In this document: positions 35,523-47,283 of the stretch, in pieces
How positions within the stretch are numbered: the stretch's first letter is position 1
How the letters are laid out: every line of letters begins with the position of its first letter
NCBI GenBank assembly: GCA_001179505.1
Contig: CDMY01000543.1
Location: 1 to 54,996 of the forward strand
Direction of reading: 5' to 3'
DNA length: 54,996 bases
DNA from: Vitrella brassicaformis CCMP3155
Taxonomy: Eukaryota; Protista; Chromerida
The notes under the pieces: model-generated
What the model was told of the DNA's origin: nothing
Seen by the model: the letters and a program-made list of their open reading frames with translations, nothing else
The model's database searches: none
Program-made: the position numbers and the translations under genes

Positions 35523-36551
35523 ATGTCCAAGGCCTGTCTGTTTGTGGTGGCCCTCTGTGGCCTCATCGCCCCCAGCGCCGTTAAGGCCACTGACGGTACG
35601 GTCGGCATGCACACTGCACGTCGTCTCTTGGCATCTCCGGCATCACGCATGACGGATTCATTGCATCGCATCGCATCATTCCCACCACATAGGTTGGCGG
35701 TGGCCAGGCTTCCTTTAAGCTCATCAACAGCACCGCAGGCCGCCAGCGTACACGCAGGACACGAAGCACAACCACCCCCACACAAGTCATGCAGCACACA
35801 CATGATGGTCTTTTGTGTGTGTGCAGCTGGTGAGTTGTCCATGGTGCAGCTGCTGCTCCAGTCGAGCAGCTCGCTGGCTGCCTCAGCCATGGACGCCATC
35901 GACAAAGCAGAGGAGGGCCTCAGTGCCATCACGGGCACCACGATCAGCTCCGTGGATGAGTCTGCAGTCGTTGGATACCCCTGCAGACCCTGTGTTTCAT
36001 ATCGGTTCCTACCAGGACGCTGGTCCCAACGACAAGGCTATTGGCAAATGCACCCCAACGCAGAAGGCCAAAAAGACATGCAAGACGCATGGCATCATGA
36101 AGACCCTTGCGGGAGGGAAGCTTTTCTGCATGGCCAAACACGTGGTGAGTGCGTGAGAATGGACCCACCACTCCACACGCATGAATGCATTAATGTGCGT
36201 ATCCAGGAGTTTGCTCTCGGGCCTCATTCTCACCTCATGTACTCCTTCAAGGGTGGGAACTTCAAGTCGGAGCAGTACGACCGATCCACCGAGCGCCTCG
36301 TCGTGACCAAGTTGTTCCCCGGCCACCCCGACAACAAGGTCGCGGACAAACACAAAGGTGAGACGGATCGATCACATGCCGCTCCTCGTCCCTCGATGAC
36401 GAAGGCGTGTGCCAATGCTTCGATCTCTCTCTGTGTCGTCTTCCGTGTCGTGTGCGCGTGTGTAGTTGGGGAACAGAAGCTCTCCTTCCTGACGACGGCC
36501 ACGGACCGCACCAAGTCCACAGTCACACCTTCTGAAGGGAAGGAGGAGTGA
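35523..36551 (+). CDS. Hypothetical secreted protein; exon junctions near 35830-35990 unresolved
   Basis: Signal-like MSKACLFVVALCGLIAPSAVKA. Coding-biased exons DPVFHIGSYQDAG...KLFCMAKHV|EFALGPHSHLMYSFKGG...|VGEQKLSF...EGKEE*. Confidence 0.55.
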   Translation: MSKACLFVVALCGLIAPSAVKATDGTVGMHTARRLLASPASRMTDSLHRIASFPPHRLAVARLPLSSSTAPQAASVHAGHEAQPPPHKSCSTHMMVFCVCAAGELSMVQLLLQSSSSLAASAMDAIDKAEEGLSAITGTTISSVDESAVVGYPCRPCVSYRFLPGRWSQRQGYWQMHPNAEGQKDMQDAWHHEDPCGREAFLHGQTRGECVRMDPPLHTHECINVRIQEFALGPHSHLMYSFKGGNFKSEQYDRSTERLVVTKLFPGHPDNKVADKHKGETDRSHAAPRPSMTKACANASISLCVVFRVVCACVVGEQKLSFLTTATDRTKSTVTPSEGKEE

Positions 36552-37182
36552 GCTCAAGCTACACACTTCACAGTGCATGACACACAACCAACACAACTGA
36601 CAGACGACCTTCGGTTTTGAATGACACAGCTCATCAGGTGCCTGACTGTATGAGTGTCTGTCCGGATGGCTGCGCGAGTTTTCTAGAGAGAGAGAGAGTG
36701 AGAGACATGAGACGGAGCAACGCACCACATCCGCAGAGAGACACTCCCACGACAGACCAGAGTTTTTCGCATTTGCACGGACAGCGTTCGTTAATGGGGC
36801 TGGCTGGCTGCTTTCTTTTTGTTTGATGCGTCGGGATGCATGTCATGTTGTTTGTTTCGTTAGACCTGGAAGGGTGGGCCAACACAGAACAAACACAGTC
36901 ATCAAGAGGGTGGGAGTACACTGACTGACAGCCCCTGGAGACAAAACCTGCCCACCCCACTCACAGATAGATAGCTCTCTCGGTCCAAAATCGACACACA
37001 TGCACACCAATGTATCCATCCATCCATCCGTGTGAGCGCTACACGGAAGCGAAAAGGGGGCGCAGCCCACTGACTGACTGGCACCATGCCACCTCGTTGG
37101 CTTCACTCATTTCGCGCCTCCCTCGTCAAGAAGCCATCCCTCCCTCGACCAACCAACCAGCCCCAGTCATGCCCTGCCCGGG

Positions 37183-38832
37183 TCACTTGTCACATCTGAT
37201 ACGCTGATAGGCCTCCTCCACCTGCTGCTGCGCCACCTCAGTCGCGTGGTTGCGGCTCGCCTTCTCGGCTGCATACAGACAGACAGAGAAAGAGAGAGAC
37301 CAGGGAGAGGGCAACCTTGTCCCACTGTGGCCGTGTGAGTACTGTGTGTGTGTGTGTGTGTACCTGTTGGCGATTCAAGCTCAGGTAGGACGGCCATGCC
37401 GACGGGAGACCGCTGCACCGTCCGGACCTCACCCAACTCCTTCGACACCTGCACAGCACAGCACAGCACAGCACACGACAAGGCAGGCAGACGGACAGAC
37501 TGAGCAAACGCATCCTCGAGCGCATCGCATGTGTGTCTGTGCTGACCGTTGTGGGTGGGGGCAGGACGGGATGGCACCACAGCGACACTGGGAAGAAGTG
37601 AGTGGGCGTCCGGGCCTGACAACGGTCACACGAGCCGTGCGTGAATGAGGTTGCCCTTACAAATCTTGTCTCATCTCTCTGGTCAGTCACCTTTTTGGCA
37701 AGAACGTTGAACATCTGCACAGCCTTTGGGTCGAACGGCGCCACAACAAACTCGCCATTCTCATCCGGCCGGTCACGACCACCGCTGGGCGCCACCCATA
37801 GCAAGAAGCCGCCCTTGGCCAACAGCTCCTGCACACACGCATACACGACGTGTAATGGAAAGAACACGTGTTTGTTGATCTGATCGGCCGGCTGGCTGAC
37901 CGAGAGCGCCTGCATGGAAACGATGTTTTGCCTCTGTTTCTCCTCTTTGAGCTCTGGCGGGTTGTCGAGATGCCGCTTCGAGTTGATGCACAGCAGGTTG
38001 CGGCCCATCGAAAAGGGAATCGTCAGGGGGTCTGACGTCACCCTGAGGCAAGCAAGGCAGTCAGTCGCCATACACACACCACGCGCAGCGCGGCTCTATG
38101 CTCGCTACCGTACCTGTGTCCCGCGACACACACGATCTTCTCCCCCAGCTCAGGAAAACCCAAGTGCTCAAACAAAAGACTCATCAGCTGACCGCCACAC
38201 ACATCGACACGACAGACAGACATCACCGCCTGTGTGTGAGGTGAGATGTGCGTTGCTACCTGCGGGTCGGCCTCCGACTGGTGGTTCGACAGAAATATGA
38301 CATTCTCGCCCTTGTCGAGCAGCTCACGTACTCTCTGCAGCTGATCAACTCCCTCGAGCTGACAGACACCGATCAAGCCACGTAGACAGACAGACAAACC
38401 TATGGACGACTCCTCTCACGCGTGTGGTGTGGTTTCTGTGGATGTGTGGTCACCTTCGACTTTTCTAGATCCACAAGCGGCCTGAACAGATCGTTGCCTG
38501 ACAAGTTTGACAAATCGCCAGCACCATCAACAAGCAGCAGCGGTGGCTTTGCGGCCATGGCCGCGGCTGACCAAGCTTGTAAAGGTCCAGGGGCTGCCTG
38601 ATGGCGGTGTGGTAAGGCTCGAACTCATAGCCGGCCATATCACGCGAAGCCTTCAACACAGACCTGACCATGGATGGAGCAGTCGACACGCAAAGCATGC
38701 CGCCCACGTCGGTCGCTCGGCAATCTGCTCGTGTGTGTGCATGTGAGTACGTCATGATGTAGAGGTATTCCTTGGGGTCCAGCGTGCCGCTCTTCTCCAC
38801 CTCAGCAGTGTACTTGTCCACAAAACCCTGAA

Positions 38833-38863
<31 letters not shown>

Positions 38864-39408
38864 CACACAGATGAATCAATGAATGAGTGACAGGCCATTG
38901 AATGAGAGGCCTCTCACCATGAAGTTCTCCATCGCGGCGGCGTCGATGGCCGACGTTGAGGGTCCCCCATTCTCAGCCACATACGCGTAGATCTGATCCA
39001 TTGACACACCAACCAGAGCCAGACAGACAGACAGACAGACGGGCAGACAGACAGTGAGAGAAACACCACATCCATCAGACAGGGAAATTCCCGTGTGCTC
39101 ACCATTTTCTTGGCCTCCTGAAGCGAGCCAACAGGCGCTGCAGCCACGGAGGGACCAGCATGCCTCACCACAGAAGAGGCAGGACCAGAAGAGGACGTTG
39201 ACACAGATCTGCCCGCCTCTCTGCCCCTGAGCAGCCGCCGCACATCATCGCGAGCAGCGCCACTGGCCGGCCGCGTCAGGAAGGCGCTGTGCGGCCGCCT
39301 CTGCGGCTGAAAGGCATCTGCATATGAGAGGAGGCAGACGAGCAGCGAGAGACCAAGGAACTGGACGAGGCGGCACGGCAGCCTCAGAATGCACAGAGAT
39401 AGCGCCAT
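37183..39408 (-). CDS. ATS1: Plastid-type glycerol-3-phosphate acyltransferase with bipartite signal plus transit peptide
   Basis: IFLSNHQSEADPQ (HxxxxD), CVAGHR, PFSMGRNLLCINSKRHL, WVAPSGGRDRP. The N-terminus has a hydrophobic signal ending YADA-FQP followed by an Arg/Ser-rich transit-like stretch. Confidence 0.93.
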
Positions 39409-39523
39409 CCGCTGACAAAGATCGTTGTGTGCAAATTTGCGAGCTTTTGAAGTGGCATCTAAGCTCGCATCTTTCGTGGCGAGAGCGAGAGCGTCAAGGA
39501 GGAGCTGTGCTCTTAGTGTCAGC
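39409..39523. promoter_or_regulatory. Putative bidirectional promoter / shared 5' region of GPAT and RPS3
   Basis: Only 115 nt separate the divergent ATGs (39408 on minus, 39524 on plus). No motif assigned. Confidence 0.55.
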
Positions 39524-41267
<1,744 letters not shown>

Positions 41268-41846
41268 GCGTGACACTGTGGTGGGTGCACAGCCACATCC
41301 GTGGACACCAATCACCCCATCCACAGGGCATGACGGACGAACTGCATAATACGTAATACTTACACCACATCCACGTCACATCCACTGTGTGTGCGTGTGA
41401 AGTGTGTGTGTGTGTGTGCGTGACACCGTGTGATCTCGCTTCTCTTGTCCTTCTTGCAATCTGAATGACACTGTGTGCGTGTTGTGTTGTGTTATGATGT
41501 GATGTGACGTGGCCGCCACGTACGCGTGATGCATGTGCGCATGGACGTCGACCCGCCAAGGGGTCTGTCTCCTGCTGCTGTGCGAAGGGTTTTTTCGACG
41601 CAGCGACATGTGTGTGTGCGCCGCTGCGGTGGGACGGCCTGCGTTGCGATGATGAACTTTGTTTGAAGTCAAGTGATGAGTCTACCACTGTTGACGGAGC
41701 CAAGTTGCATACCGTGGCGAAAGCAATATTCGACAACAGGTTTGCGGATATGTTTGTTTTGTATGTAGTCGGTATCATAGGCTCCGTGTCGCGTCATGCA
41801 TATACTTTGGCCAGCACTGCATTTGACCGTCACAGCACAGAGTCTG

Positions 41847-42509
41847 TCATGAGAAGAGGGTGTCTTCCAGGTCTCTCGCTTCCACCAGCTCCCTGTACTT
41901 GTCTCCCTTCTCACGTATCTCTTCCACAGACATGCCCTGCAGCTCCCTTGTGATGTCAGCCACCTTAGCGCTCTTCTTAAGCGGACACGTCTCCACAGAA
42001 GGCGCCTCATACGTCTTGCTCGGCCTGTCGGCCTGCGCCGGATCTTCCTCCACTTGCAGAACATAAGTGCCGTTCGCTTCAAGCCCCTCAAACCAGTCTG
42101 ACTCACCGTCTTGTGATTTTTCTACTTGTTGGCCCTGTCCGTCTTCCATCGTGATAGCAGCGTTCTCGCCAAAGGCCAGTCTGATGCCGAACTCCTCGTC
42201 CAGCCTTGACATCGCCAGCCGCCCCCGGTCGATGTCGAATGGCTTGGTGTAGTGGAGAAACTTGACAGTCACAGTGCCCTTCTCCGGTGGGGCCGACTCG
42301 GACGCATTACAAGGCTGTGCGGGCGGGCCGGGGGACTCACTTACAGCGGCAGGCTGCGGCTCCTCCGCTACTCGTGGTGGTTTCTTCTTGCGTGTTGGGG
42401 CCGATGGTTGCTGGCCTTTGGTGGCTGCTTTCGCTTTGCCTTTAGGTTGCTGTGCCTTCGGCCGGCCTGCTGCCTTGCCTGAGATGGACAAGGCCATCCG
42501 AAAACCCAC
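41847..42509 (-). CDS. Intronless hypothetical protein, 220 aa (alternative start 42497)
   Basis: Single ORF with coding-like bias. Basic/Pro-rich N-terminus, globular core (VTVKFLHYTKPFDI...YVLQVEED) and helical C-terminus. Confidence 0.8.
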   Translation of the reverse strand: MGFRMALSISGKAAGRPKAQQPKGKAKAATKGQQPSAPTRKKKPPRVAEEPQPAAVSESPGPPAQPCNASESAPPEKGTVTVKFLHYTKPFDIDRGRLAMSRLDEEFGIRLAFGENAAITMEDGQGQQVEKSQDGESDWFEGLEANGTYVLQVEEDPAQADRPSKTYEAPSVETCPLKKSAKVADITRELQGMSVEEIREKGDKYRELVEARDLEDTLFS

Positions 42510-42874
42510 TCTGAGTCAGGCCTCCGACGATCGCGCTGCCGTCTCGCCGATCGAGAAGCGTGCCTCCTTTGGCCAAATCGCGCTCTTGAAAGGTAAAGAA
42601 TGCCCCAATCGCTCCACAGAGATCAGACTCGTCATTATTGTCACCCTCGGAGGATGGCGATGGACCGGGTGGATCATCAAGTGTTCGGACAGAAGAACTC
42701 CCCGTAGCACCGTCGCCACTCTTTGCACCATCCTCGCCACCATCGTCGTCAGTGAGGGAGGTGGTCTACCGCTGTGAAGGCCAAGGGACTCTCCCTCCCC
42801 AGGTAAGCGACGCCGAATGAATGAGCGAAAGGAGGACACGGCGAAATTGAGTCACGGATGTTGTTGTCGTACAG

Positions 42875-45800
42875 ATGAGACGGAGTAATCGCAAGATAGG
42901 GAACGCCCCCATCAGGAGGGCAGCCCGGGGTTCCTCGTCCTCGAAGGGTGATGGCAACATTGCATCTGGGTGTCCGGCCGATAACGAAGCAACCGCCGCT
43001 GTGTTCAGAGTAATAGACGACGATTCACTTGTATCACGAAGAATCTGTGCTCCTCTGCATTCACGCGTGCAGGCCATCCGGCTGCAGGGATGGTCCGGGC
43101 TCCGTCTGGTAAGCATGCATGGACAAACTCAGGATTCAACACCATACTGTAACTGTTCAATTTCGTCCCTGTGTGCAGCCTCGAGAGCTTCAGGTCGGTG
43201 TGTATGCGTTTGTCAATCCCGTGTGGTGCCTCAAGCCGCCCCTGCCCTCCCCACTCAGCGGAGCCGTTCTGCAGTACCACACCGAGGTCGTCATCGACTA
43301 CAGCAACAGACGCCAGAGAACCTTTTGGGAGTCGATGGCGCCGCAGACGGCGTACGAGCTCGGGAAACAGATGATCAACCTCAGATGTCTCATCCATCGC
43401 TTCCCAGAGACACCTGACGGAGCACAGGGGCTTCGAGCTGGCCAATATGTTCCCGCATATGGATGGTGCCTCGGGATTGTCATTGGACTCGTGGAGGGGC
43501 ATGTTAAGGGACGACAGGCAGCTCGCGAGGAGGAGGGATCGGCCACAACTATGAAAGAGGGGTCGTTACAGTCTTTGGTCTTTCAGGGGGTGGTGATTTC
43601 GACCCTTGGGCGCCAAGAGGCTGCGCGGCTTCACCGTATTATCAATTCTGCCGCTCTTGCTGCTGCCCCTTCTCGGTTTGTCGACCTTCCGGCTCTCACA
43701 GATGTTATCGGAGTCATTCACAGCGGCGACCCCTACACCCAGTCCGTGATCAAAGAGCGGAACTGGGCTATGACAGCCCTCCAGTGCTTATCTCGGGTGA
43801 ACACAGACAATGTGGCAAATCTTTGGCCGTTTGTCATGGTGACCCGGTCACTTGTCGAACTGAGTGCGATGCACCCCATGGCGCCATCGCAGCTGGTGAC
43901 GCTGCTAGGATGCATCCTGCCAGGGATGGAGCCGGAAAGTACGGGGCATCTTGCGTATCTCCGGGTGATTGGTAGCATCAAACTCTATGGAATTGAATCG
44001 GCAGATCTCAGGAACGGCATACGAGACATGCAGGTGGGTCAAAAAGCAAAGTAGCCGCGTAAGATGTAAAAAAGGAAAAGGGCATCTTATTGCTCCGCTT
44101 TGCAGAAGTCTCTGGTGGAACGCGGCTGCTCGAAGTCTCTCGATCTTCTCGCTTTCCGCGTGGATCGCAGCGACGCTCATTCACTCCTCCTCAACGACTA
44201 TGAGACGTTCAAGGCCCTCACCTCGCTGGTCGACGCGACATGCTCGCCATCTGGCCGTGTCGTCTTCGAAGCTTGCATTTCTGCCGACGACGATGTGCGA
44301 GACATTCCTCTCGCCCACCTTCTAGCCTACACGAGTTTTGGAAAGGTGCCTAGCTGCGGTCTGCCAATCCTCAGCGCCTTGCTAACGTGCTACGACCTGC
44401 GCATCTGGCCTGAGATTCCCCCCGATTGTCCTTCTGTCCAGAGCTACATCGATACAACATCGCCTTCTACTTACAGCTACGTGTGGACAGTCACAGAAGA
44501 CCAAGTTGCCAGACCACAGAACGGGCCCATCGACCTCAGTCTGATGGACGAGCTGATGTTCGACCGGCATGAGATCGACGGCGTGGTCTGCAGCATATCC
44601 ATCGAGTGCGCTGAGGGTTTCGCTCCGCCAGCGGATGCCATCCCGCCTGAGCCTCCGGAGCTGGAAGCACTCAGCCCATCTGGACTTGAGGGGGTGAAGG
44701 CTCTGATCGTCAAGCATCGCATCGGCCTGGGAGTGGCCAAGACGATCCTCAGCAAGGGCGCGCACTTGGAGAGCCTGGAGCTGATGGAGATGGGCATGAT
44801 GGACGTGCTGGCTCTGTTGGGGGGAATTCCCCTGCTGCAGATGCCGCAGAAGCTGAAGCTTGACTCCCTGCGGGCACAAGATGGACAAATTCAAGAGGGG
44901 CCCACCCAGCTGGACAGCGCATATGAGCTGATCGTCAACAAGAAGCTGCACGGGGTGAAGGAGCTCACGGCCAAGGGAGACTTCGCTTTGCGGCTTGCGG
45001 CCACCCTGAGACACCATATGCCATCGCTGGGCACCCTCACCATGTCCGGCGGCGAGACAGAGATGCGTCAGCTGCTCGTGGACGGGGGACGTGGGGCGAT
45101 CGCCCAGCTGTCTTTGAGATTTGTGCATGAGGGCGGCCGCGAGTTCATCAGGGCTGCCGACGAGAGCGAGGGCATCACACTGGGCGATTGGAGCGACCAA
45201 CTGCCCCACATCAACAGCCTGCTCATGTACCTAGACGGTAAGTGGCGAACAGATGTCAAGACCAACAATGCACCACTTGTGTATCTGTATGACGCCTCTC
45301 TGTCACCGTGTCTCGCTGATATCAGTGCCGCCTGCTGATGTTGTCGATCCGGGCGCCTTCATTCTGTCGAGCATCTGGTCGGTCCTCGAGATTGAGTCCA
45401 TCTCCGAGCTGACAGTCGTCCTGCGCCAGCGCTCCCATCTGGATGAGCTCAAGGCAGCTCTGAAGCGGCGGTTTGGGCCTGATCGACAGGAGAGGGGCCT
45501 CGTCACCACAAGCAGCCTGATCCTTTCATTTGAAGACATCAAGAAGGTGAGAAGAGACTCCTGTAAGCTCAGAAGAAACCCAGCGCACAAGGCATGTGTT
45601 TCTGTGACCTCAGTTGAACAAGGCGGCGTTTGCCTACTCGTTGAGGGCCGACATCGGATTCCTCGAGGCGCTGATAAAAACAGGAGACCCCCATCAAAGC
45701 CTGACGATGATCACCAGTCTGGCGGCCACCGTGAAGCGGCTGTCTTCGATTTTTGAGTATTACCTTCCCTCACACGATGCCAACATCGCAGCTGTGGCAC

Positions 45801-46626
45801 TCGCCAGTGACTTCGCCGGCCGCATGTGTGCCGCCACGCCCATGAGTGTGGTCGACCCCCCGTATGCTCCCCGACGGCTGAAGGCGCCACTGATGGCTGC
45901 GATGGAGAGACACGGCCTGGCGATGGAGCCCATGATGCGGCTGCATGGCGACGGGCCGGGCATCCCCAGTCCCTCTGTGATCGCATCCGCCGCTCAGCTG
46001 GTGGCTGTATTACGGAAGACGGGCAAAGACATTACAGGCATCCAACTGCTCTACAAGTAAGAGAGACACGAAAGATGCATCTGTCGGGTGCTGCGTGTAA
46101 TCCTCTCTTGTTGTTTTCGTCCTATGTCTGGTGTGGTGGCAGAGCGAGTGTGCACGGGTTTGCGTACACCGACATGCTCAGTCGCGTGGGTGATGCGAGC
46201 GGTCTCCTCTTCCTCACCCGCATGAATGCCTTCATTCATGGGTGCTTCATCAATGCCGATCTCCGTCCGCCACCGTCAGTTTCATCTTCAGCCGCCTTCA
46301 AGCAGTATCCGGCGGAAGTCCTGATCTTCAAAGCATCCGGCCATTCACAGCCCACCTTCCAGACATCTTCAGTGACGTCGAAGTGGGTCACTCTGTCGCG
46401 AGCAGATAACCATCCCCATGGCGTGGAGGCCAAACTGACTGTGGGCAAGGATGCGAGCGATCCATGTATACCGGAGTGGCTGGGGCTGTGGGCACCGGAC
46501 ACGCTGGGCTGGTCGGCATCGGAGGGATGCGTCGTGCGAGTGAGCTGGGAGAGGGGGGTGGGAGATGGTGAGGAAGACATCAATGCAATTCTTGCCGATG
46601 AGATAGAGGTGTTTCTCTACAAGTGA
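42875..46626 (+). CDS. Family copy 2: F-box-like / LRR-like / linker / TLDc-like protein, apparently intact
   Basis: ATG 42875 directly follows a 5'UTR intron. All exons join in phase: ..AVFR|AIRLQGWSGLRL|PRELQVGVYAF...DMQ|KSLVERG...YLD|VPPADV...KK|LNKAAF...LLYK|ASVHGF...LADEIEVFLYK*. Confidence 0.85.
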
Positions 46627-46629
46627 GGA

Positions 46630-46959
46630 AGACAGCGACAGTGGGTCTGCCATTTTCTCTATGTAAAACTTCTCCTCCTTTCCGTTTCTTAAGTGACTTG
46701 TTGCAAGGCGTCTGAGCATGGACATCGTACCTTTCCGTCATCCTTGACGCCGACGCACGTCATTGTCAAGCAAGCCATCAATACGGCGGTAGGTGCTCAG
46801 CTTGTGGTCGGCGGGCACGGGATGGACAGACTGTGGCTCTGGGAATCTGCGGTGGAAGGGCTATGTCTGGTGCGAGTCGGATGGGCTTTCTGGGAGGGGA
46901 GGCTTGAGTCGCTGTTTGCCGATGAGATGGAAGTGCTACACTTGCAGACAGAGGCGTGA
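46630..46959 (+). pseudogene. Orphan, internally deleted TLDc-like terminal exon with remnant intron
   Basis: Starts KASEHG after a CAA where the acceptor CAG is expected. Upstream GTGGGTCTGCCAT matches the pre-TLDc intron of copy 3. Ends GAQLVVG..LWLWE..VRVGWAFWEGRLESLFADEMEVL, resembling copy 4. Confidence 0.75.
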
Positions 46960-47283
46960 ATGGGGCGGGGCGATGTTACACTTGTTGCATTGTGTGGTCC
47001 GGTGAAGCGTGACAGTGAAGGGTGGGGTCGAGTCTCATATCTTTCGTGGGTTCAGGAGGACAGCTTTGTTTGTACGGTCTGGATGTACGGATGACATAAC
47101 TTCTCGCTCACACCAATGACTATCAAAAACAGTGCACGAAACCTGAATGGCCCTCAGGAACATTCAAATTGCATCCACTGTCGATGAGACATCACTCGTG
47201 CCCTCGACGATAGCGTCCTTCCTTGTTCGGAATGGATGTGTCTCCAGATTGCATCACATCACATCCACGCCACTGCCCCCCCT

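Noticed and set aside
42516-42839. 107-aa minus-strand ORF between divergent genes
   Set aside because: No recognisable motif or coding bias. It probably overlaps promoter/UTR sequence.
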